The notes below the pieces were generated by a model that saw only the letters and a program-made list of their open reading frames with translations, had not been told where the DNA came from and made no database searches. Below, piece by piece: positions 25,934 through 38,631 of a stretch of 64,000 bases of DNA; the stretch's first letter is position 1; the number at the start of each line of letters is the position of its first letter. Made by a program: the position numbers and the translations under genes. This stretch comes from Eledone cirrhosa (lineage: Eukaryota): contig OZ024745.1 in the NCBI GenBank assembly GCA_964016885.1, forward strand, positions 94,426,001 to 94,490,000, in the 5' to 3' direction.

Positions 25934-26678
25934 TACCCACTTTACTGCCCTAAGTATCGAGTACTCTAGTGCGTTATGGGCCACCTGGTTCCTTACCACA
26001 CTTCCTTCGTTATATATATATAGTGTAGGTGGTTCAATGAATTACTAGTGTTTGTACCAAATCAAACACTTTTTTTAAATTTTTTTTAAAAGACTGCGAT
26101 AATATTGCTTATGCTGAACTCCATATTTTTGTTGATTTTTTTCGGAATGTTTTGACTGTTGTTTCTTGTAAACTGCCTTTTCATCTCATCCCGCCATCAC
26201 TAGTTTGTCTACACGTGTGTTTTGTTATTTCATTTATACACGCTGTTCACTTGCCTACTTTTAAATCCCAGTCGATTATTTTTCCCCTTGGTATTTTAGC
26301 AGCGGTATTTAGTTAATGTGTGGAGCACTACTGAAGATCAACTCCAACCGTGACTAACCCCACTGAAAAGTTTCGTGAAATGGTCTTTTAAAGTCTATAT
26401 AGTGCATCTGTAGTTTCCCCCAAATTGACGGATAAGTATTACTTCTTGATTTTATTTTAAATTAAGATCGTATTGTTTTTTCTTCAACTTACACAAAGTT
26501 TCATGAAAAAGTTTTTTCTTCATGATTTGTTTTGAATTAAGATTGTGTTACTTTTTCCCTCACCTTGCATTAAATATTTTTTCATCTTGATGGTATAGTC
26601 ACTTATATACCTGAATTATTGTTGTCATTTTGCTTAGATTAATTTTATTTTCATATATATATATATATAAGTATATAT

Positions 26679-27123
<445 letters not shown>

Positions 27124-27211
27124 TGTATTTACTCCACTAAACTGTTGAGTGCTTTATATCAGTTATAACATTTTAAAGCTTGTTGAATCCCAACAAATTA
27201 AATATAACCTC

Positions 27212-27267
<56 letters not shown>

Positions 27268-27334
27268 CAAGGTTTAGTAAATAGAGAAAAAGTTTTAAAA
27301 TAAATTTTAAAAAGTTCGCTGTACTTATTATATG

Positions 27335-27419
27335 TACCCTTACCGCGCGGTTTCAAATCCCAAAATAAATGGATAATCCAGGCGGACCACCATTGAGAAG
27401 GGGATCCTCGTCAGAATGT
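27335..27419 (-). ncRNA. Hammerhead-like motif
   Basis: Minus strand CTGACGA GGATCCC..(long loop)..GGGATTT GAAA CCGCGCGG TA; palindromic stem III, GUA triplet, weak stem I. Confidence 0.6.
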
Positions 27420-27706
27420 TTTTCTCGCTCGGAGAATATAAAATTCCCGAGTTCAAATCACAAACAGGCACCATACAAAAGTGTTCCCAGTGAAAGAGTG
27501 AATGAGGAAGGGACCAATTCTGTCTAGTGCCATGTGTAAAGACAAAAGGCAAGGGTGGACAGGTCAATGTCCTGCCACTAGAAATAGCAGCAGTTCAAAC
27601 GACCAAAATGTTATCTCTACCTTAGGGGAGATTAATAATAATAAAGTTTATGTTCCTACGTGTAAAAAATATATATATATAATATAATATATATATATAT
27701 TATATT

Positions 27707-27802
<96 letters not shown>

Positions 27803-27807
27803 TCAAG

Positions 27808-27848
27808 CCGAGCTGAAGATCCGTATAAGGTGAAACATTTGTTCTCGG
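27808..27848 (+). ncRNA. Minimal type I hammerhead motif, isolated inside (TA)n
   Basis: CCGAG CTGAAGA tCCgtataaGGt GAAA CatttG TT CTCGG; same family as 60838-60877. Confidence 0.7.
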
Positions 27849-27870
27849 TATGCTGAATTAACTGTTGTGG

Positions 27871-27916
<46 letters not shown>

Positions 27917-28153
27917 AATTTATATCTAGTAACATCTATATACACACAGATGCATTCCAGTCCACGCATCGCTATTTCCATTCCACTGAATTATTTTTTT
28001 AATAAGTTTCCAGTGTCCTCGCTATGCCTGGTTTTATAACTTTGAATTGCTGATCGAATAACGTGAAAACAAGCGTTGATATCATCCAGTACCCGGAGTA
28101 CCATAACTGGACTACACTTAAGTGGACTACCTATAACAATAATCTGTTACCCC

Positions 28154-28205
<52 letters not shown>

Positions 28206-28294
28206 CAAGAGTAACCAATCTTAAAGAGAGAGATGGAGATAGGAGAGGAGATAGGAGAGAAGAGAGATTGGTGAATTAGTTAGAAGCCAAAGCG

Positions 28295-29550
28295 TAACCC
28301 CCCATTCTCATCTAATCTAGCCACTAATATCGCTAAACGCTTCTTCTCTATCCTATCTAAACATTCCCCCCCCCCACCCATAGATATTACAAACATTTTA
28401 ATAAAAACAACATTAAAATCTCATTCTCCACAACACCTAACCTAGCTAGCCACATCGCATTCACTAACCATCATAAACTAAGACAGTATAACTCCCACAC
28501 CGCGGTACCCCCCATCAAATACACCACGCCACTACACCGATACTTACTCTAGTAGCACACCTCCCCCATCTAATCCTTCTAGCCCTGACCAACCGCTTAG
28601 GTTAAACAACCCTACTCTTACTAACCGCAGTTATCCTAATGCATGACCACTAAATGGACATTGCCTGACACCCAATATAGTTTATAGGTGCACGGTTAAA
28701 ACTGCTTCGCATACCAGCTCTTATATCGGCTCTACCTCTAACCCTTTTAAGGTACGCTATAACGTGCACTCTTTTTCATCCCGAGACCCTAACAGCAGAT
28801 GTTCGACATCTCTAGCTAGGCTCATTAAAAACCTTAAATTAACTAACATTGAACACTCACTAACATGGAATATCTTGGCTAGAGCCTAACCGTTCAATGG
28901 ACGAAGAAACTCTTGTGACCTCTGTCTTACCGATGCATATTACATAACTCTATCACGACCTCTACTGATTAACGATAGAACGGAGGTAACTATTAGCTGT
29001 CAACATCGAAGGGCTAATTCCTTCGCCAACAGAATATTTGACCCAACATAGTCATCTAGCCCCATTTTTACTTGTAGCTAATAAGTTAAATAGTTATAGT
29101 TAACTTAGATAATTATAAGTTACCTCCCTTACATTTTCTCTCAATTAAAAAAATTACAAAATTAGCACTTCTTAACTATAAACTACCCACAATTTCTAAT
29201 CTCTCCAGGAGTTACTTACCCTGAAACCATCCTATAATTAGTAAGGTAAATATGTCCATTGGCGGCCATCTTGTTACCCATAGGCAGATCTCACACAATG
29301 CAGCCTCGACAGAAGAATACTGCTCCACTATGGCAGACAATTGATATACCCAGGACACCATAGTGAAATACCAACATATGGAACATTACATTCATGTAAT
29401 ATTCTTTCCTTCTTTTAATTTATATTCCGATGAGCTGCTCTAATTTTACCTAAGTTAATTATTTTCAACTGAACCAGATCAATAATGATCTACAATCATT
29501 GGATCCAGAAATATCATATGGAGTAGCGAAACAATTGTAAACGGACAATA
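28295..29550 (+). mobile_element. 5'-truncated Penelope-like element (linker + GIY-YIG + 3'UTR)
   Basis: NPPFSSNLATNIAKRFFSILSKH..HRYYKHFNKNNIKISFS ... PLNGHCLTPNIVYRCTV..SYIGSTSNPFKVRYNVH ... WNILARA..CDLCLTD..INDRTEV..CQHR, stop at about 29051; several internal stops. Confidence 0.85.
29425..29541 (+). ncRNA. Hammerhead-like motif with long stem II in the PLE 3' region
   Basis: CCGATGA GCTGCTCTA..(~80 nt)..TGGAGTAGC GAAA CAATTG TA; U4 to C change and poor stem I. Confidence 0.55.
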
Positions 29551-29569
29551 TTATTATTATTATTATATT

Positions 29570-29697
29570 ATGATCTGAGTTCAAATCCCGCCGAGGTTAA
29601 CTTTGCCTTTCATCCTTACGGGGTCGATAAAATAAAGTACCAGTAATGTACTGGATAATTGCTGGCCTTGTGCCTAAAAATAGAAACAATTATTATT
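29570..29697 (+). mobile_element. 5'-truncated SINE
   Basis: B box through tail. Confidence 0.85.
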
Positions 29698-29845
29698 AAT
29701 ATTATTCTTATTATTCTCTACATTCCTTACATCAAACTAAAATATGTTGACAATCTATTAATAATGCCTTCCTTGTGAAATGTGTGGTCTTGTTTTGCTT
29801 AACTAATGAATATATATATAAATAAATAAATATATATATAAATAA

Positions 29846-29919
<74 letters not shown>

Positions 29920-29939
29920 ATGTATATATATGTGTATAT

Positions 29940-29996
<57 letters not shown>

Positions 29997-30034
29997 GGGG
30001 TGTTATGTGTGCGTGCATAAATATATATTTGAAA

Positions 30035-30073
<39 letters not shown>

Positions 30074-30309
30074 ATGAACTAAGATAAATAGCTGAAAGGG
30101 GAGAATGGCATGAGTTTGGATAATTAAGTAGCGCAAGGGATTGTACTGATTGCCATACACAACGACTACTTAATTTGTTCAAACACTTTCGTTGAGTGTG
30201 AGACAGAACACAAGAACCTAATGGCAATCTTTAGTGAGTCTCCAAGAAATGTGAAGATATTTAAAAAAATTACGTATGAATTCTCAAGTGGATTAACATG
30301 TTAATCTGA

Positions 30310-30394
<85 letters not shown>

Positions 30395-30396
<2 letters not shown>

Positions 30397-31074
30397 GGTA
30401 GCTGGACGCACACAATTTTGCTGGTAAGTTTCTGTCAATGTATTAACAAAAAACTGAAATTCTTGTTTAAAAAAAAACACATTATTCTATAGATTAAGCC
30501 CCAGGCTGAATTGTCAGCTGGGTGGCAATCTTATTTTTCGCCCCCAAAGGGGCGATAATTTAATTTGAAATTAATTTGAAAACTGTTTAAACATTTTAAA
30601 TATTTTGCCATCAGCTATGGCAAGCGGCGTTCAAGGAACGCGAGCGAACATTGAAGAAGGAAAAAGAAAAGAAATAGACTTTAACGTTGCTAAAAATTCT
30701 GCCTGTATCGAGGTAGTTAACAACAAAGCTTTGTGTAACGAAAGTGAAGTAGACAACACAAACAAAACTGAATCGCACAGTGAACCACACAGTATACAAC
30801 ACACACTAAAATCAACAAAAAAAAATAATTGACACAACTACAAACGGAAAACCCGACAACAACAACAAAAAAATAACTTATACAGAAATAGTCACAAATA
30901 ATAATAATAACGTTACTTCTAACTCCGCATGTATTGGCGTCACCATAGAAACCAATATGAACAACAAAAATAAAAACAAGATCGAACCACACATAGTACA
31001 ACAGACGGAAAAAACAACAGAAAATAAAACCATTGACACAACTACAAACGGAAAACCTGACAACCACAACAACC

Positions 31075-31134
<60 letters not shown>

Positions 31135-34100
31135 CCAAAAAAACTTTTGCGCAAACAGTCACCAAGACACAAGATTTCACGGATCTCGATATCTCCAATG
31201 CGAAACAAATGCTCTCTGAAGCAAAGGAGTTTATCACTTTCGGTGAAAACGGGGGATTTCAGATAAAATCACCCCCAGAAATTCGTCTGGAAATATTTCG
31301 AAGGACAATCACCTTCAGAAGTGTTTCAAATGAAACAAAAAGACCAGCATTCCTCAGTCAAGGGGAAATTGAGGCAACCTTAATACAGATATTGCCAAAC
31401 ATTGACTTTATGCAGAGGGCCAAACAGTACGGGAGTATTTCGGTACTCCTCAAAAGCGAGGCCCTTGCACAAAGATATTCAGTGACGCCAATATTGTCAC
31501 AAAAATACACCTTTTTCCCTACATAGCGGGGAAACAGGACACAAAAAATTAGAGTTTCAAACATGCCACCAAATATTAATATTTGGTGGATATTGGCAGG
31601 ATTTTTAGAGGAGAGAAAAGACACTATTCTCTCCATCAAAAAGTCAACCAGACACACCTGGTCTGGTACAAATTTGGAGATTCTAGTGCAAATGAGCCCG
31701 GAAAGAATCTCCAAAATAGTAGAAAAAGTGATGGTGGACAACAACAGCCACATAAACATTGTAGGTGAGGGACGAAAACCACATTGCTTTCGTTGCAATA
31801 GCACCACACACTTAAAGGCCTCTTGCCCTTTACAAACACGCTCAACCAAAACAATACAAAAGAAAACACTGTTACCAACACCAACACCAAAGCAACCACC
31901 ACCACCACAAGTACAACGACAGACAAAACGGGCAACCACACCAAAATAATCAGACACGCAACCAACAACAGAAAAAACAGAGACAACACCCCTGAAGAAC
32001 ACAGCCCCACTCCATAAAACACTACCACAAACACACACACCGAAACACCACCACCACCACACAACATACCCCTACCCCACACACCTGACGATGATTATTC
32101 ATCGACGGATGAAGCTGCTTCTCCTTCTTTAAGTGAAGAAGAGGGAGAGCTGCGGATATTTAAAAAACAAAAAAAGTGACACCACAAAACCCCCAAAACT
32201 CCAATCACCAACACCAACACACAACCACAGACACAAACAACAACACAAACAACACCACAGTCAAACGTCCCCCTACCAGCAAAACCAACACCAACACCAC
32301 CCCAACACAAGCACCCACAATAAAAAGAAAACTCCCGGACGAACAACAAACTAAAACAACACAACAAAAACACAAACAACAATACGCATACAGCAACACA
32401 AACAACAAGAGTTTGATGGAGGTCATCTTCCAAAACCCCAAGGTGGAGACGGAGGGCAGAATCATCTCCACACCTTAAACTTATAAGGGTTTCTATGGAG
32501 ACCTATAGTGACCTAAAAAATAAATTTTCACAGGACGTGGGCAACCCCTGCCAGAAACCCATCAACTGCGTCCTGTTAAAATATTTCCCCACCACACCCA
32601 ACACCCCATCCAGCACCCAAATGGAGATTGAACAACCCGATCTCCAGGCAACGAAAAGGTAAGTACACCTTTTCGTCCCTTTTCACCAACTTTTCTTCAC
32701 CAACATGGTTAGTTTACGAGTTGTAACCGTGAATGTGCGTGGCCTAGGGATGCCCTGGAAACAGGGCCAACTTTTAAACGACCTTAGGTCACACAGTATG
32801 GATGTGATAGCCATCACCGAGTCCAGGATCCACAACAGGCAACACTAACCCCATCTTCGACAACTTTGAGATCTACGCATCTCTCTGTCAGCCAGGAGGT
32901 GGAGGTGGAGTGGCTGTTATGTTTCGGAAGAACCTGGACGTCGGAGTACAGCAAGTACACTTGGACCCAGAGGGTAGACTGGTAGTCCTAGACGTGAACA
33001 GTATTGGAGATGGAGCCTTCAGACTGGTGGTCGTTTATACCCCGACCGGCCAATCGCAATCACGGCCAGACTTCTTTAAGCGTCTAGAGTCTTTTCTGGG
33101 AACGTCTCGCTCCTTACTTTTAGAGGGGGACTGGAATAGTATCCTAGATGCACGATGGGACTATGTGGGAGCATGTCCCAGTAGAGCGGGGTGCAACAGC
33201 CTCAAAAGTTTAATCGGCCAATTTCAACTGGCCGATAGGTATCGACTGGATTTCCCGACTGCACCACAGTGGACGTGGGCAAACCACAGCGGGACATCTA
33301 GATCGTATTTAGATAGGTTCTTCATTAGAGAAATTGACAAGGAGATGTTAAGCTGTCCACGAATGCACATGGTTGCCTATTCAGATCACAAGTTAGTCGT
33401 CTGCTTAGTCAACCGTGATAGAATACATAGACGGGGACCCGGATACTGGAAGCTGAACGTGTCGTTGCCGGCACGTAAAGCTTACAGTGAACGGATAAGT
33501 AGATTAGTTAAGCAACAGTTAACGGAAGCCATCGTCAACAATAGATGGTGGTACTCTCTCAAGAATAGAATCGATAGGGTATAGCAGAGAGTTAGCCTTA
33601 GAGAAAAACAGAATAGAAAGAGAACTAGTAGCCAAGGTAGATGAGAGGGGGCACTTAGAAGTGGCAACGCGGCTAGAGTATTAGCGTCAAGAACGGTACT
33701 CGACCAGTTCTTCGATGCGAAACACGAAGGCTGCGTGGTCAGAAGCAAAACACGTGCTCTAGGAAACGAAGGAGCGAAAGCTGTCAGCTGGGCCTGAGCG
33801 GCGGAGGCAAAAAAGTGGCAACAAGTCCACGATTCGGTCTTTGAAAGACCAAAACGGACGCGTGCTACTTGACCCCAAGCAAATGTGCGCGGCCTTTCAG
33901 CGGCACTTTGCGCGACTGTTTGAGCAGAACGACGGTGAGCCGAACGGGGCAATGGACTTTAGTTCATACCTCGATGTCCTACCGCGTCTCTCGAACAAGG
34001 ACGCCGAGTTCTGCGAAAGACTGATCACGGACACTGAGATACGGGACACTCTGGGCCGCTGCGGGAAACGCAAGTCACCCAGTCAAGATGGTCTACCCTA

Positions 34101-36336
34101 TGAGTTTTACATAGGCATGCCGGACTTGTTCTCTGGCATCCTCGAATCCGTCTACTGCAATTGGCAGCAACACGGAAGAATTCCCAGTTCTGCAGGCAAG
34201 GGCGTAGTAACGCTGATCAGGAAAGACGAGAACAAGGGGCCGAAATTAACAACTTCAGACCCATAACTCTGCTCAACACAGACTTAAAGATTTTGGCCAA
34301 GGTGCTAGCGACAAGGTTGGCGCTTGTCGTCGAGAACCTGGTAGGGAAAGCGCAAACGTGTGCAATCCCGACCAGGCCCATACACGACAACCTCCACATC
34401 ATGCGATACATCATAGAAAGGGTGGGTAGTAAAACCGGCTTCGGTGGGGCTCTGATCAATTTGGATCAGTCTAAGGCATTCGATAGGGTCGACCATCGAT
34501 ACTTGGAAGCAGTTCTCAAGCGGCCGGTTTCGGTCCCGTTTTCAGAGTCTGGATCGAGGCGATGCACACCAGCATCTGCTCGAGGGTCAAGGTGAACGGC
34601 TACCTATTGGGGCCGTTCGCAATCACGCGTTCCATTCGACAGAGTGCCCTCTCTCCTCCATTCTCTATGTATCTAGAGCCACTACTGCGTAAATTGGAGC
34701 TGTTGCAGGGCATCCTTCTAGAACCGGGACTGCGGAAAGCGGCGTCGGCTTATGCCGACGACGTGACAGTAATGGTGTCGAGCACCTCGGAAATCGGGGT
34801 GATCGGCAACTTACTGAAATAATACGAAACGCTGACGGAAGCAAAACTAAACCCGGACAAGTCTGTCGGGTGCAATCGGTATGTGGAGAGGCAAACCAAT
34901 GACGTCCGACAGCGTCGTTGGACGCTGGACGGACAGTCCAGTGAAATTGCTCGGGGTCTGGTTCGGTCCAGACCTCCAGGTGGAGAAAAACTGGAACGAG
35001 GTCACGGCCAAGGTGTTTGCGCTCACCCAGAAGTGGGCAGAGGTGGCGAACACTTTCATAGCGTCCGTCATCTACTACCGCTTGACTGTCATGCCTTGTC
35101 CCCGTGAACACTTCGCCAAGATGGAGCGCATGCACTTCCAGTTTCTGTGGAAGAAGCAGGCTGCGCTGGTGAGGAGATCCGACTGCTGTCAGCACCCTTC
35201 CAACGGAGGGCTGGGAATTCCGTGGCTGATGATACGCAAACATGCGCTGAGGCTGTGGCATCTCCAGGTATTCCTCACCGACCCCCAACCGGTGTGGGCA
35301 CCGTTTGTGAGACAGGCATTCCCGCAGCTCGTCTCGCTGACGGAGCTGCAGTCCTGGGTCAAGAAAAGACCGAAAACGATGGGCGCCTGGCACATTGAAT
35401 GCGCTCAGACGCTCACAGTCCTCTGACAAGCGGAAACAGCAATCAGTGGAGACGCCACTTCGACATTCTATAGAGGGATTGTACATTACAAGGGCGACGA
35501 CGTGCTCGGAGAGACTCTGGGCATCGAAGACGATGAGCTCACCAGTCTGTTTGGTAGGACTTTCCGCCCGGAACCTATGGACAACTTCCAGAAGTCCCTA
35601 GCCTGGCAGTGCTACCGAGGAGCTCTACCGGTTCGTGACAAGATCTACAGGCACGGACGCCCCGGCAGGGATCCTTCCAAGAGGACATGTCCAAGATACG
35701 CGCAGGACATTGAAACAGTCCTGCACGCAATTGTACTCTGCCCGGGTGTAACCGAGGTGTGGAACTATGCAGAACAACTGCTGTCGCGTATGGGACAAAT
35801 CCAGTTGACTGCCGAGTCCATAGTAAGGATCAAACCGCCAGCCTCTTTCAAAAACGAAAGAGAGGTGGTTTTCCTCTGTACAGTGGCTATAGTGAAAGAA
35901 GTTATATGTTGGACGAGATTGAGAGGACTGAGGACAGATGCCTTTCTCTCCGGACAGCAATTGATTCCCTTCTTTAAGTATCACTTTAGAAGGAGAATCA
36001 GAGTGGAGAGAGAGGCACTGCACCCCAGTAAATTTACTGAAAGGTGGGTGAATGAAGCGAAAATGGCCGGAGTGATTGGGCCTTCTCTGTTTATAAGCCT
36101 GTAGGTTAAAGAAGAGAGCAAAAGGAAGAAAGGAGCACTTGCACAACTCGCTCCTGGAGTCGAGGGTTGTTCTATCGACGGGGTATTAAAAAACCCGTTT
36201 GTGGCGCTTCCCCCCTATTGGGGATTTCGATTGTTGTAATTGTTTGTTTTTATATTTTAACACGAGTGTATGTAAAATCCCCGGCATGTCTTTGTATTGT
36301 CCCCTTTTCTTGTGCGCCCATGTGGCAAATAAAAAA
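30395..36336 (+). mobile_element. Tx1-clade (L1 group) LINE copy A, full length, decayed
   Basis: Broken ORF1 30617-32662 (CFRC..HLKASC knuckle) and ORF2 32705-36104 (GDWN, SDH, LDQSKAFDRVDH, YADD); flanked by (TATC)n 30310-30394 and 36337-36442. Confidence 0.92.
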
Positions 36337-36352
36337 ATCTATCTATCTATCT

Positions 36353-36399
<47 letters not shown>

Positions 36400-36400
36400 G

Positions 36401-36442
<42 letters not shown>

Positions 36443-36516
36443 GTTTTTATTGTATGTAATCTTCCCCCTTTGTATTTGTCCCCTTCTTTTGTGCCCCTGT
36501 GGCTAATAAAGAAACA
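36443..36516 (+). mobile_element. ~75-bp 3'-terminal fragment of Tx1 subfamily D
   Basis: Nearly identical to 47774-47847; (TATC)n on both sides. Confidence 0.85.
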
Positions 36517-36756
36517 TATCTATCTCTATCTCTCTATCTGATGGACACATGTGCTGAGCTCGCTCGGTAAGTTTTTGTTTAAATTCATACGGAAATTGTA
36601 AACTGTAAACTTTCATTTTTGTATCATTTTGTAGAGGGACTGCCAGGTCAAATTTTGATCTGGTCGGTCTCTCAAAATATTCTGCGCCTTTGGGCGAAAT
36701 AGTATTGTGAACATTTTATCTTTCGAAAAACTTCGAAAAACCCTATTTTGAGAAAA

Positions 36757-36933
36757 ATGGCTGAATCATCTTCACCATCAATCAAAGAAGGAAAGGGGAA
36801 GTCATACTCACAGCTTCCCCCTGCCACTGTCACAGCAGCAGATGCCAAAGGCAGAGGTCAGAGAGAGGAAGAATTGTCTTCACCTGTTGACCGACCACTA
36901 GATGTAGCCACAACTACACAAGAATTTGAAAAC

Positions 36934-36964
<31 letters not shown>

Positions 36965-38607
36965 GCAACAATAAAGACAACAAAAACAACAACAACACAA
37001 ACGTCACAAGTATCCACACACGAAACGAGAAAGACAACAACAACAACAAAGATGAAAACAACTCAAACGACGAGAAACAAAACAATACTAATATCCAAAA
37101 CGAAAACAAAATATCTTTTGCACAAACGGCTAAATTATCAGTCGCTTATGTGCTGGAAGATATTTCAAAAGCAAAAGAAATGCTGGAAAAAGCCAAGAAA
37201 TATGTGTCTTTTGGCGAAAACGGATCGTTTTCTATACATTCACCTCCGGAACTAAAAAGACAGACGGATTTACGAACTGTCGTATTCCGAACAATTTTAA
37301 ATAAAACAAAGAAACCAGCGCAACCATCTCAAGCGGAAACTCAGTTAGTCTTGAAAGACGCGATGAGAGACATCACTTTCATACAAAAGGATAAACTCTA
37401 TGGGAGTTTATCCATATTGATGAAAGACGAATTGGCGGCAAAAAAATACTCTGTGTCGCCAATTCGGTCCACACACTACACCTTCTTCCCTACCTACATG
37501 GGTAAAAAAACCCAGAGGATATGGATAACCACCATCACCCCAAACATAAACTACTGGTGGTTACTAACCGGTTTCCTCAATTTAGACGAGGACAACCTCA
37601 TCTCAATAGGGAAGGCATCCGGCGACGCGTTCAGTGGAACGAGCATCGAAGTTCTGACCCAAATAAGGCCAGAACGCATCGCCCAAATCCCTGAGCGCGT
37701 CATGCTGGATGACCGTACCCACCTCAACATTATTGTGGAGGGTAGGCGTCCCTCCTGTTACCTCTGTGGCAATAGAGGTCACCTGAGGGCTGCCTGTCCC
37801 CAGCTCACACAGAAAAAAACACTGCTACCAACACCAACACCACCCCAACTACAACAACAAAAACAACCACAACAACAACAAAAACCAACAACCCCACCAC
37901 CACCACCACAACAACAACAACAACAAACACGTGAAAAAATAACACAGAATACTGTCCCACCCAATCCCTCCCCACCCAAAACAAATACAAAAACACGCAC
38001 ACCGCAAACACTACCAGAAAACATACCCCTCCCACCCAACAAGGAAGACGAACCTCTTTCGTCGCAAGACGAAAAAGATCCCTTCCAACAAGTAAAAAGA
38101 AAGAAGAGGAGACGCACCACAGACACACATGTTAACTTTAATCCCCCCCAAGAGAACACAAACTACACACAAACCACCCCTCCCTGTCACACAACACTAA
38201 CTGCTACACAAAAAAAGACATTACAATACACATACATGAACACAGACAACAAAGAATTACGGAAAACAATTTCAGCAAACCCTTCGGTCCAAACCGAAGG
38301 GCCAAACTTTATAACTGCTGTGGGACTACCTCATTTGAAAATGATAAAAGTCCCAATGCACTTGTACAAAACACTGAAAATAAATTTCACGGAGGACGTG
38401 GGCCCCCCCTGCGCCAAACCAATCAACCGCGTCCTCCTAAAAAATTTCACCCCCCCACCTCACCCAGACACCCACTCAACGACAAACACCCCAACCCCAC
38501 AACACACCGATGCCCCTTCACTTCCACAAACCACAACCCCACCCAACAACCCATCCCCAACCAGCATGGAAATTGAGCGGCCCGTTTCCCGGGACGCAGA
38601 GAGGTAA
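36757..38607 (+). CDS. Tx1 ORF1p (Gag-like nucleic-acid-binding protein, 616 aa)
   Basis: ATG at 36757; poly-Asn N-terminus, central globular region, CYLCGNRGHLRAAC zinc knuckle, P/Q/T-rich linker, KRKKRRR basic patch. Confidence 0.88.
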
Positions 38608-38631
38608 GTGCCTTTTCTCTTTACCACCAAC

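Noticed and set aside
29310-29380. Second hammerhead in the PLE 3'UTR (ACTATGG/CCATAGT-GAAA)
   Set aside because: CUGANGA is not present (CTGCTCC) and stems I and III are unclear
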